Shown here one piece after another: positions 52,101 to 64,000 of a stretch of DNA of 64,000 nucleotides. The position numbers and the translations under genes were made by a program. Below the pieces are notes generated by a model. That model ran no database searches. It had not been told where the DNA came from and saw only the letters and a list, made by a program, of their open reading frames with translations. The first letter of the stretch is position 1. Every line of letters begins with the position of its first letter. The stretch lies in NCBI RefSeq assembly GCF_000143415.4, contig NW_003314297.1, positions 800,723 through 864,722 of the forward strand. The letters run 5' to 3'. The stretch is from Selaginella moellendorffii (lineage: Eukaryota > Plantae > Lycopodiophyta).

Positions 52101-52936
52101 TAATAGTGAGTGGTCAAGATTGAAGTTAATCTAACAATTACTAAAATTTTACTACATTAATATACGGCATTATAGCTATACACTTGGACCTCACATCACT
52201 CCCTCTTCACAGAATGATGGAAGACCATCAGAGTTCTCTCATGGATGGGTTGGGATTTGGAGGAACATCAAGAAGAGGCATTGGTAGAATTGTAGATGGT
52301 GCCAATTATTCCTGATCCCTTTATACAAAACGTTTTAATTACTATATCTGCATAATTTCTGGAGGATCGACTTGTTAAATGTCATGTTGAACTTTATAAA
52401 CTTTCAATTCAACTTGTTGTAACACTTTATATAGACCTTTCTATTGAGCAAGGAGCCTTTTAGATAAACCGTATACCATAATATTGGGAAAACAAATTAA
52501 CATCAATTCATTCACTTTGTATTCTGTAGATGAATGATGATGGGAGTTGTATTATTGTTGTTATCTCACTTGTACACAGCCCAGGTGTTTGGCAGACTTT
52601 GCTCAAACAAGTGGAAGAATGCTCATCAAATACTAATCCCACAACCTAGTATCAGCAACCCACAGCAATCGCAAAGGTAAACCCAACTTTGTTAGTAGCA
52701 TTAAATCATAACAATATAAAAGTTTATATAGTGAAGCACCAATAAAACTTTATACCTTTATAACATACGCATACTAAAGAAACGACAAATAACCATCTCA
52801 ATGTGAATGCTGAAAGTTCACATACTTCACGATCATCTTTTTGAAAGTTTAAATCCTTCCACCAAACTATTTGATTGTGGATGGTAAACACTTGTGAAAG
52901 TGTGGTGTATCCCCAACTAAGACGTTAAATCACGTC

Positions 52937-53645
52937 TTGATTTTCATGGTCAAATGGAAGAAATACTAACTGGAGGTGGCCACTTTCAGCTCTTACACGC
53001 TCAAAGCCTTGAAGTTACTTTTGTCCATGGCCTGACAGCTTGTCTATATGATAATCACTGAACTGTAGCAGAGAGACACTTACGTCAGATAAAAGCTCAA
53101 GAACTCTATCCTGACTTTCCTTGACTTGGGATTCAGAAAAGCTTTCCAGCTTCTTGACATTGCCAAGAGGATTGAAGAGCTCATAGACATCCTGCAATGT
53201 TCTTTCAATGAAAGAGAAGAAAACTTGAAACAGTAGACCAGATGCTGTAGCTTACAGTGAGATTCTCTTGTCTAGAGCGATACTGCAAGGCAATTATTTG
53301 CTCCAGCTTGTCACAAAGCAGCAGAAAATCATCCCAATGCGCTGAAAAGGCAAGGGGTCTTATAAACCAAAATGCTACGCAATCTAGTACCCTGACCGAT
53401 AAGAAGAACAGAGCTTGGAGATGAGCTCCTTCTTGGGAATCTCAATCACAATCTCCAGCTTGAGGCGGATGCTGTGGTCCTCCACTCGCAGTTCGATCTC
53501 CGACCTGTCCCTGTGACAAGAAGCACAATCAGGGGCGGACGAGAAAGATGAAAGAATCAAACATACGCAGTGTACTTACATTGCTTTGGCAAGAATAGAG
53601 GGAGGGCGCCTCCGCCCAGCTGCATTTTGTTCGCGGCAACACCAT
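52937..53645 (-). pseudogene. Truncated DUF3754 5' fragment (unit 3)
   Basis: Same breakpoint (TTGATTTTCATGGTCAAATGG) as unit 2. Confidence 0.85.
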
Positions 53646-54094
53646 CGCTTTGCTTGCTGCCAACTCGTGAATCTCCTCCTTGCGGATCAAGGAAGAAAAT
53701 AAAAAATATTAGGGCTCTACATTTGAGTTAGTGACGTGGATTAGGGCATGCGAGGTGGGCCCGTTAAGGGTAACTAGCTGTTTCTCGAATATGCTTACTT
53801 TAATACCCTTTCTATTATTAGGCGCCCTTACCCTAACCCTAACCCTTCTAACCCTTAAGCATGACGTCACGGTCAATGTCCGCTGTGCAAAATTCAGAGT
53901 TGGTTGGCTTCGTAAGTTGGACATATTTTCTGGACATAATGCGAGTGCTCAAAGAGCTTCTTGTCGTCAAGCTCCACATAAGCCAAAATTTTCTCCTTGC
54001 AAAACAGGTTTCGCACGCGCAACGTAGTCTTCAAATAAATTACAGCCAGGGGACTCTGTTCCTCGTCTCCATTGATCGCAGGAACTCAGTCCGA

Positions 54095-55364
54095 ATGGGC
54101 AAGGCGATTTGCGTGACTGGAGCTGGTGGTTTCATTGCTTCGTGGATTGTTCGTGATCTTCTTAACAAGGGCTTTTCAGTTCATGGCACTGTCCGCGATC
54201 CAGGTTCTGGTTTGTTGTCTTTGTTCCAGATCTAGTGATGGTGGCTTTCAGATGACAACGCCAAGTGTGGACATCTTAAGCAACTGGATGGAAGCAAGAG
54301 ACTAAAACTACATAAGGCTGATGTGCTCGACTATGACTCAATCGCTGACGCGATTCGGGACTGTGAAGTTGTGTTCCATACTGCTTGCCCTGTAACCGCA
54401 TCGACTGAGAATCCAGAGGTAGTCTCCTATTTCATTTCTTTTCTCTGGATAAGGCTGACTGTGTAATTGAGTCCCAGGATGTTTTGGTGCCAGCAATCAC
54501 CGGCACTCGCAACGTGTTGCAGGCCTGCGCACAGGAGAGGGTCAAACGGGTCATTGTCACGTCGTCCGCGGCTGCGGTGATGTTCGATCCAAATCGGCCT
54601 GCGAAAAAAATTGTCGACGAGAGCTGCTGGTCTGATTCTGACTACTGTACAAAGCTCAAGGTAAACTTATCCTCACCCTCGACGAAGTTACTGTGTTGTA
54701 CTCACTGAAACTCTTGTTTCAAGCAATGGTATCTTTTAGCCAAGACGGAGTCTGAGAAGCTAGCGTGGAGTCTCTCCAAGGAGTACGGCCTTGACCTCAT
54801 CACGATCTGCCCCTCGTACGTGTTTGGCCCGATGCTCCAGCCAACGCTGAATCTCAGCAGTGCGGTCTTGAAGGCTCTCGTGGATGGTTTGTGCTTTAAA
54901 AATGCTTCAGAAGCCTGATCGATGTGTCTTGTTTCCCCAGGTCATGAAAGCAGCTACCGTGATTCCTCCATTCCGTGATTCCTCCATTCCCGTTGTGGAC
55001 GTGAGGGACGTCTCGAAAGCTCACATTCTGGCCATGGACAAGGAGGAGGCCTCGGGCCGCTATCTCTGCGTGGAAACGGTTGTGTCCAACAGCGAGATTA
55101 TCAAGATTCTCAGGGCCAAGTTCCCGCAGCTTCCATATCCAAAAGAGTAAGCGTCTCTAGTTCGTTTCTGCCGATATCTATAAAGCTAGAAACTCTAGGT
55201 GCGTTGCTGAGACGAGCGTTTGGAACCAATCGGGAATCCGTCCCGACAATCTGGGAAGAGAGAAGCTCTTGGGGCTAATCACTGAGTTTGATATACCATT
55301 GGAACGGATGCTGCTTGACGCTGTTTCCGACATGCTAAACAAGGGACTGTTAAGAGCCATCTGA
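54095..55364 (+). pseudogene. CCR/DFR-like reductase copy 3, frameshifted
   Basis: 16-bp tandem duplication CCGTGATTCCTCCATT x2 at 54957-54988 in exon 5. Confidence 0.85.
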
Positions 55365-55584
55365 TTTACCGGAGATTAGAAACATCGGGTCTACCATCTC
55401 CCATATAAGGACTTCAATTTGTGTCCTGGAAAATGAAACAAGTTCCTATTTGTGTTTATTCTCTCTGTACAGATTACTGGCTCCAAGTCTTTAGGTGTGA
55501 AAGAACTTGCTTGAAGAGACAGATCTACACTCCCAAATAAAGAACCCAGCAAAACCAAGAACAAAAACTCCAAGAACACGAATA

Positions 55585-56664
55585 TCATGCTTCATCAAAG
55601 TCGCATAGTCTCAAAGCCTTCAACCGAAGCTTAAATCGTCCGGGTGCCGCACAAGCTAGCTCGATGTTGCTGTGTTTCTCCAGTCCATAATTCACGACAT
55701 CACTCGAGACATGTTTGGTTGCCTGGTCAGAAAGTTCTCGAGGAAGACTGAGGCTAAAACCACCAAAAATCTCGACGACTGTCACCTGTGGTTTTGATCT
55801 TGATGCAAACTCTTCTCTCCACGCCACCAATCTTCCGCTGCTTACAATCCTCCTTACTTGCTCCTCATCGAAGCCAAAGTGGCGGTACCACGAAAGCACC
55901 AGCGCTTGGGACGCAGGATTGAGCACTGCCAGCGGCGGCGACCACGGCAAAAATCCTTGCTTCTCCGTGTCTAGCAGCTCGATCTCTGGATTGAAGCGTC
56001 TCATCGCCGCCAGACCCAAGCTATACATCCTCTCACTGTTGGTTTGCCTGTGCCGGTACGTGCTCGACTCCAAATCCCACTGCAAGACCGTGAGAGCCTC
56101 CACCAGGCTCACATCTCGCTCCTTGGAGGCCTCGATGCACCACAAGATCGTCCCCAGCACACGGACAAGGCTGTTGTCTCTTCGCGCCTGGAAGATCCCA
56201 CACGGATACGCAGCTCCAGCTCCTGTGAACTGGAACTCTCCACTGTAAACTGGCAGGAAGTTCCTCTCCTCTCCTGGAGCGCACACCGAGCAAGCCATGT
56301 CGTCCACCATGATGGTTTGCTCCATGTCCACCTCGATCGCCGTGGGGAGATCCCGGAGCCTCTTGATCACTGTGAATCCGTCCACCCGGTAGAGATGGTT
56401 CTGCGAGAAGACACTGCAATCCTTGAGGCCTCCTGCTGCTGTGCATGCTGGGAAAATGTCGGCCAGGAGGCTTGCAACGAGCAGCGAGTTTCGCGATTCC
56501 GGGCCGAAGCTGAAGAAGCTGACGCTCATACCTGGGATTTGGCTGAGCGCGAGTAGAAACTCGCGGCATCCATGCAGCGGCGCGTAGGAATCGCCACCGG
56601 CAGAGTGTTTGCCGCCGCGATCGAGGCGGACAAGCGTCCGGTCGAGGTCCAAGAGCACCTGCAT
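55585..56664 (-). CDS. Intronless HAD-superfamily (FCP1/NIF-like) phosphatase with unknown C-terminal domain, copy 3 (intact, 359 aa)
   Basis: Motif I DLDRT at the N-terminus, GCREFL..L, SFFS (motif II), IKRL (Lys) and TIMVDD (motif IV); uninterrupted ORF. Confidence 0.8.
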   Translation of the reverse strand: MQVLLDLDRTLVRLDRGGKHSAGGDSYAPLHGCREFLLALSQIPGMSVSFFSFGPESRNSLLVASLLADIFPACTAAGGLKDCSVFSQNHLYRVDGFTVIKRLRDLPTAIEVDMEQTIMVDDMACSVCAPGEERNFLPVYSGEFQFTGAGAAYPCGIFQARRDNSLVRVLGTILWCIEASKERDVSLVEALTVLQWDLESSTYRHRQTNSERMYSLGLAAMRRFNPEIELLDTEKQGFLPWSPPLAVLNPASQALVLSWYRHFGFDEEQVRRIVSSGRLVAWREEFASRSKPQVTVVEIFGGFSLSLPRELSDQATKHVSSDVVNYGLEKHSNIELACAAPGRFKLRLKALRLCDFDEA

Positions 56665-59600
56665 GCTCAATAACCCTAGAACTTTTATTTATTTTAGGGT
56701 TTTAGACTGGAAGCAGGATGTTAGACGGCGAGGGTATTTATATGGATGAGAGCTTTGGGCAAGCCTATGCCCAACATAAGAGAGACGAAAGGAGAAATGA
56801 CAAAAGAAGCTTCTCATCGCTCACCATACTTCTGGAGAAAAGACCCTTCGTTCCTCTTCATCCAAATCCATTCTCACTCTTCATTCTTCAAATACCCACT
56901 CATTATTTTTTTCTTGCCTTTGTCCTTTGAAAAGACCTTTGGAACTGTAGCCTCTCCGATCACCAATCTGCAAGTTTATGTTGATCTCAACATGGAATAG
57001 ATTTAGATGATTCTCATCCTGCTCTTAAACATTTTTTCACTGTAGTTAAATAGAAGTTAGATCTAAGTAGGGCAAATCATAGTAAAGCTTGAGAAATAGA
57101 GTGTTAAGGGTACAAGTTTTAGGGTTTGGAACGGTTCCTCAATTGTGAAAAGACAGAAGACTATGTATTGTCTACATTCTTCTAATGCCAACTTTAGCTA
57201 CAACCCATTCGGTTGCCATCATCCATGGTGGCAGAATCCAGCCTGTATTTGTTTATGTTGGCTCCACTTGCTAAAAGTGCTTATACCCCTATACCTCCTA
57301 GCTGTATAATACAGATGATATCAAATATCTATGTAGCAAATTTTCATTCGTTCTAAATTTTTCCAACAATTAACCAGATCTCTACTAATGATAACACCTT
57401 GAAGAATCTTGTGTGTGTGGTTTGTGTTTGTCTACTACACAATCTTTGCATCATTCACAAACTTGATAATGCTAGATTAGTGAGGCTCACAAGAGTTACA
57501 GGCTTCTCAAGCTTTTGAGATGTAAATGATATCAACAATTTAAAATTTAAAGTCTAAAGGATTAAAATAATTGTCTAATGTTGCTGTTTATGAATTAAGT
57601 TGAGTGTGGTCTAAATGTTTTTTTTCCAGAGAAAGAAAAATCAAATTATTGAGGCAAAGAGAAATGCAAGTGAATGAAAACTAAAGCCTTATTTCAAATC
57701 CTAATTAACACCTAGTATATGAAGAATTTGGTGAACAAAAATTTAATGAAGAATTGAATTTAAATTAGTGATTTAAAAAATAGATATGTGTTTAGAGTTT
57801 CTCATGAATCCTCTTATAGTGTTTTGAAGCTTTTCCATGATTTAAACACTTTTTTCATTTTTAAATAATAATCACTATTTTCTATTTTATTTTTGCCTTT
57901 GGTTTTCTTCAAGATAATTTTTTTGTCTTCATCCAATTAGTCAGCTTTTTTGTCTCTATTCTCCATTAAGTCAACTATAATTCTAATAAATCCATTATAA
58001 TATGCTTTGTGACATTTAGTTTTTGAAAAAGTACTTATTCATTTTTTTAAAACTTATATTACCCCAATGTTACAATAAAAAAAATAGAAATAGAGATTTA
58101 CACATATATTTGTTGTTTCTTCTTATCTTAGCTCAATGTTACAATAAAAAATTAGAAATAGAGATACACACATATATTTGTTTCTTCCAGCAATTTAATT
58201 ATTTTCTAAGCCATTATTAAAATTAGGGAAAATTTTGATTATTTTATCTTTACTACTTATACTTCTTCCTTTGCTTTCTTGTTAAAACTTTTTTATCTTT
58301 TGAAACTTTCTTTTCGATTTATTTCTCTCTTTCACAATTTAGATTGAGCAGTTAAATCCCACTTGCTAAAAAAATAGCCCCAACTACCAGTTAAAAGGGC
58401 TTAACTATTTGTTAAGAGAGTGAGATAAACTGTTAAAGAATCTATTGAACTTGGTTATGAGAATGGGATAAATTACAATAAAACTTATTAAGAAAGTAAA
58501 TTAAATTTATGAGAATTTAGTTATGAACTAAATCCTTCATGAAAGAATGGTATAAGATCTTGGTGCATTAGATGAGCGTAACAAAAAGAAACTTTCACAA
58601 TAGCTATATTCAATAAAGATTTTAAAACATCAAGTAGATTTAGAGAGAGAGAGGAATAAATAACAATGTTTTTTCATTTTTAAAAGTTTTTTCCCTATTT
58701 CTTGGCACTAGTGACTACTTAGTAAATATTGTTTACTTATATAGCATTTTTTATTACATAACAATTGGTTAAAAAAACATTAAATTTGAAGGTGTAGGAT
58801 CAAGCAACTTGAGACATCAAGATGCATGAAACCAAAATAATGACATTGAACACTTCTATCCTCCTATCACAAATCTCCAATACAAGGCTTGTTTGTTTTC
58901 AAGAACTCAACCTTAGATGGAGGAGAAAACACATATATCCCCAATGCAATTCCACTGCATGGAAAAACATACTTCAGCAAGTTGATTGTAGATTTCCTGG
59001 CTCAAGCACTAGGCCTTCCATTATTACCACTTTTTGTCAAGCTAGATGCCAATTTTTTAATAGAGTGAACTTTGCATTTGCTAGGGTAGGCATATTAGAT
59101 GAAACAAATGCCCTTCAAGCATGTATCCATATTCTATAGTTAATCTTAATTCTTTTTAACATCAGAAATGAGAACAAAAAGGAGAAGGGTTTGGAGTAGC
59201 TTTTTGAGGAATTCTGTGGCTTTGTTTAGCATGATCAAAGTTACTCAACAATATCAGCACAAAGTGGGAACACCAATTTAATTTTACAGAATTCATTAAC
59301 ACTTCTGTGAAATCATACAAAATTGTTCTAGAATTTTGTTGTGAAAGTCACAATGATTGTTATGACTTGAATGTTGCTCCATCTCCTGTTATAATAATTA
59401 TGTTGAGAAATCCTTAAAAATATCATACACAAATATGATAATACATCATTCCATTCATATTAACATGTTTATATGAATCTAGGTTTCAAAGAGGCAGATA
59501 GTGGTAGACTTTTTGATGTAGTTGAGTTTTATAGGAATGCTATTGAAACAAAACCACAAAAATATATATATGCTAAATTTATATATGACAGTCCTAAGGA

Positions 59601-61039
59601 TTACTTAATGACTATTTCACCATGGAAAGGAAAAGTGAGACCCTTTAGAATATTAAAATGTGCTAAAGTACTTTTAATATGAATTTACAACATTACAAGG
59701 CTTAACAATCAATTTCTTTTTTCAAATAATTATTCTAGATCCCACTTTTAACTAAATTCTATTCAGAGAATCAATTGTTTAAAAAATGCTAAGTTCTCTT
59801 TAAAACATTTTAACATCCAAGTAATATAAAAATTTTTACTAACCTTTGGCTTTCCATATCAATGTAAAGTGGCACATTGGTTTGTGATGGTCATTGGACA
59901 ATGTTGACAATGATAGGCATTGCTACACTCGTTTTTTTAAGGAGCTGTTTATGCATGATGCACAGATGAATAGTTATCACATCTATCTCCCAAACCAGAC
60001 CCTGGATTCACAGAAGAAGAGATCTTAAGGTGATCATATCACAAGAGTTTGTGTTTCTTTATATGGAATAGCTAGGTATAGAATTTATTTATACTAATAA
60101 AGATAAAAATGTTTTTAGATTGTGAGTGCAATGGAATATGGAAAGAGAATACAAAAAATGTGTATATCAATTAGCCCAAAAACCTAGCTTATATATAATA
60201 GTGAGTGGTCAAGATTGAAGTTAATATGATGACTACCAAAATCTCACTAAACTCATATTAATATATGGCATTATAGCTATACAGTTGAACCTCACATCAC
60301 TCCCTCTTCTCGGAATGATGGAAGACCATTAGGGTTCTTTCGTGGATGGGTTGGGATCCAAAGGAACATCAGGAGGAGGCATTGATAGAACTGTAGGTGG
60401 TGTTAATTATTCTTGATCTCTTTATACAAAGTGTTTTAGCTACTGCATATACATAATTTTTGGAGGATCGATCTGCTAGATGTCATGCCAAACCTCATAA
60501 ATTTGCAATCCAACTTATTACAACACCCGATATAAACCTTTCCACTGAGCAAGAAACCTTTTAGATAAACGCATACCATAATATTGAGAAAACAAACAAA
60601 CACTAATTCATCCACTTTGTATTCTATAGGTGGATGATGATGGGAGTTGTATTATTGTTGTTGTCCCACTTGTACATAGCTTAGGCATTTGGTAGATTTT
60701 ACTCAAACAAGTGGAAAAATGTTCATCAAATACTGATCCCATGACTTAGCATTGGTAACCCACAGCAATCCCCAAGGTAAACCCAACTTTGTTGGTAGTA
60801 TTGGATTATAACTATATAGGAATTTATATGGTGAAGCACCAATAAAACTTTACACCCTTATAAATACGCATACCAAAGAGACAGTAAATAACCATCTTAA
60901 TTTGAATGTTGAAAATTCATTTACTTCACGATCATTTTTTTGAAAGTTTAAATAAACCATTCCACCAAACCATTTGACTGTGGATAATAAACACTAGTGA
61001 AAGTGTAATGTATCCTCAACTAAAACATCAAATCACATC

Positions 61040-61749
61040 TTGATTTTTCATGGTCAAATGTAAAAAATACTAACTAGAGGTTGCCACTTTCAACTCTTGC
61101 GTGCTCAAAGCCTTGAAGTTACTTTTGTCCATGGCCTGAGAGCTTGTCTATATTATAATCACTGAACCATAGCAGGAAAAGTGAGAGACACTTATGTCAG
61201 ATAAAAGCTCGAGAAATCCATCCTGACTTTCCTTGACTTGGGCTTCAGAAAAGCTTTCCAGCTTCTTGACATTGCCAACAGAATTGAAGAGCTCATAGAC
61301 ATCCTGCAATGTTCTTTCAATGAAAGAGAAGAAAACTTGAAACAGTAGACCAGATGCTGTAGCTTACAGTGAGATTCTCTTGTCTAGAGCGATACTGCAA
61401 GGCGGTTATTTGCTCCAGCTTGTCACAAAGCAGCAGAAAATCATCCAGATGCGCTGAAAAGGCAAGGGGTCTTATAAACCAAAATGCTATGCAATCTAGT
61501 ACCCTGACCGATAATGGAAGAACAGAGCTTGGAGATGAGCTCCTTCTTGGGAATCTCGATCACAATCTCCCGCTTGAGGCGGATGCTGTGGTCCTCCACT
61601 CGCAATTCGATCTCCGCCCTGTCCCTGTGACAAGAAGCACAATCAGGGGCAGGCGAGAAAGATGAAAGAATCAAACATATTACATTGCTTTGGCAAGAAT
61701 AGAGGGATGGCGCCCCCGCCCAGCTGCATTTTGTTCGCGGCAGCGCCAT
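61040..61749 (-). pseudogene. Truncated DUF3754 5' fragment (unit 4)
   Basis: Same breakpoint; first donor site deleted. Confidence 0.85.
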
Positions 61750-62177
61750 CGCTTTGCTTGCTGCCTACTCGTGAATCTCCTCCTTGCGGATCAAGGAAGA
61801 AAATAAAAAATATTAGGACATTTCGCGGTTGAGAGCATATTATCTTGACTGAATGCCTAATGACATGGTGGGCCCGTCAAGGGTAACTAGCTGTTTCTCG
61901 AATATGCTTACTTTAATTACCCTTTCTATTATTAGGCGCCCTTACCCTAGCCCTAACCCTTAATAAGCATGACGTGACGGCCGCTGCGCAAAATTCAGAG
62001 TTGGTTGGCTTCGTAAGTTGGACATATTCTCTGGACATAATGCGAGTGCTCAAAGAGCTTCTTCTCTTCAAGCTCCACTTAAGCCAAAATTTTCTCCTTG
62101 CAGTCAAGTAAAACAGTTCGCACGCGCAACGTAGTCTTCGAATAAATCTCTCCATTGATCGCAGGAACTCAGTCCGA

Positions 62178-63431
62178 ATGGGCAAGGCGATTTGCGTGAC
62201 TGGAGCTGGTGGTTTCATTGCTTCGTGGATTGTTCGTGATCTTCTTAACAAGGGCTTTTCAGTTCATGGCACTGTCCGCGATCCAGGTTCTGGTTTGTTG
62301 TCTTTGTTCCAGATCTAGTGATGGTGGCTTTCAGATGACAGCACCAAGTGTGGACATCTAAAGCAACTGGATGGAAGCGAGAGACTAAAACTACATAAGG
62401 CTGATGTGCTCGACTATGACTCAATCGCTGACGCGATTCAGGACTGTGAAGTTGTGTTCCATACTGCTTGCCCTGTAACCGCATCGACTGAGAATCCAGA
62501 GGTAGTCTCCTATTTCATTTCTTTTCTCTGGATAAGGCTGACTGTGTTTTTGAGTCCCAGGATGTTTTGGTGCCAGCAATCACCGGCACTCGCAACGTGT
62601 TGAAGGCCTGCGCACAGGAGAGGGTCAAACGGGTCATTGTCACGTCGTCCGCGGCTGCGGTGATGTTCGATCCAAATCGGCCTGCGGAAAGAATTGTCGA
62701 CGAGAGCTGCTGGTCTGATACTGACTACTGTACAAAGCTCAAGGTAAACTTATCCTCACCCTCGACAAAGTTACTGTGTTGTACTCACTGAGACTCTTGT
62801 TTCAAGCAATGGTATCTTTTAGCCAAGACGGAGTCTGAGAAGCTAGCGTGGAGTCTCTCCAAGGAGTACGGCCTTGACCTCATCACGATCTGCCCCTCGT
62901 ACGTGTTTGGCCCGATGCTCCAGCCAACGCTGAATCTCAGCAGTGCGGTCTTGAAGGCTTTCGTGGATGGTTTGTGCTTTAAAAATGCTTCAGAAGCCTG
63001 ATCGATGTGTCTTGTTTCCCCAGGTCATGAAAGCAGCTACCGCGATTCCTCCATTCCGGTTGTGGACGTGAGGGACGTCTCGAAAGCTCACATTCTGGCC
63101 ATGGACAAGGAGGAGGCCTCGGGCCGCTATCTCTGCGTGGAAACGGTTGTGTCCAACAGCGAGATTATCAAGATTCTCAGGGCCAAGTTCCCGCAGCTTC
63201 CATATCCAAAAGAGTAAGCGTCTCTAGTTCCTTTCTGCCGATATCTATAAAGCTAGAAACTCTAGGTGCGTTGCTGAGACGAGCGTTTGGAACCAATCGG
63301 GAATCCGTCCCGACAATCTGGGAAGAGAGAAGCTCTTGGGGCTAATCACTGAGTTTGACATACCATTGGAACGGATGCTGTTTGACACTGTTTCCGACAT
63401 GCTAAACAAGGGACTGTTAAGAGCCATCTGA
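62178..63431 (+). CDS. CCR/DFR/TKPR-like reductase, copy 4 (apparently intact)
   Basis: Same 6 exons; stop 63429-63431. Confidence 0.88.
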
Positions 63432-63649
63432 TTTACCGGAGAGATTAGAAACATCGGATCTCCCATATAAGGACTTCAATTTGTGTCCTGGAAAATGAAA
63501 CAAGTTCCTATTTGTGTTATTCTCTCTGTACAGATTACTGGCTCCAAGTCTTTAGGTGTGAAAGAACTTGCTTGAAGAGACTGAGATCTACACTCCCAAA
63601 TAAAGAACCCACCAAAACCAAGAACAAAAACTCCAAGAGCACAAGAATA

Positions 63650-64000
63650 TCATGCTTCATCAAAGTCGCATAGTCTCAAAGCCTTCAACCGAAGCTTAAA
63701 TCGTCCGGGTGCCGCACAAGCTAGCTCGATGTTGCTGTGTTTCTCCAGTCTATAATTCACGATATCACTCGAGACACGTTTGGTTGCCTGGTCAGAAAGT
63801 TCTCGAGGAAGACTGAGGCTAAAACCACCAAAAATCTCGACGACTGTCACCTGTGGTTTTGATCTTGATGCAAACTCTTCTCTCCACGCCACCAATCTTC
63901 CGCTGCTCACAACCCTCCTCACTTGCTCCTCATCGAAGCCAAAGTGGCGGTACCACGAAAGCGCTTGGGACGCAGGATTGAGCACTGCCAGCGGCGGCGA
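63650..64000 (-). CDS. HAD phosphatase copy 4 (3' end only; runs out of window)
   Basis: Same C-terminus as copy 3 with a 6-bp in-frame deletion (ALSWY vs ALVLSWY). Confidence 0.7.
   Translation of the reverse strand, partial: SPPLAVLNPASQALSWYRHFGFDEEQVRRVVSSGRLVAWREEFASRSKPQVTVVEIFGGFSLSLPRELSDQATKRVSSDIVNYRLEKHSNIELACAAPGRFKLRLKALRLCDFDEA

Larger units (their letters stand above)
19368..64000. repeat. Tandem array of >=4 units (~8 kb core)
   Basis: DUF3754 ATGs at 20087, 38476, 53645 and 61749; reductase ATGs at 29850, 38937, 54095 and 62178; homologous AT-rich spacers. Confidence 0.95.

Overview
Compact plant nuclear DNA with very short (~50-90 nt) spliceosomal introns, most consistent with a lycophyte such as Selaginella (inference from gene architecture). 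Bases 1-20 kb are dense housekeeping genes: NUP205 (5' part), an ERdj3A/TMS1-like DnaJ, an LLM-domain B-GATA, MIOX, CHLH, a tRNA-Ser gene lacking its anticodon loop, ALDH3 and a DUF3754 gene. From ~19.4 kb to the end there are at least 4 tandem copies of a ~8 kb unit: DUF3754 5' fragment, shared promoter, CCR/DFR-like reductase (+), intronless FCP1/NIF-like HAD phosphatase (-), and an AT-rich spacer with an old Gypsy relic. Each copy carries different insertions and lesions. Main discoveries: (i) an 8.5 kb TIR transposon (TATGG...CCATA ends) encoding an intron-containing IS3EU-type DDE transposase plus a HECT E3-ligase-like gene; (ii) an anticodon-less but otherwise intact tRNA-Ser; (iii) a Cassandra-like solo LTR carrying a 5S rRNA promoter segment; (iv) a Gypsy element with a GGGAAAC slippery site plus predicted pseudoknot, a 4-bp TSD and an internal integrase inversion; (v) the co-amplified reductase/HAD gene pair with reciprocal inactivation.
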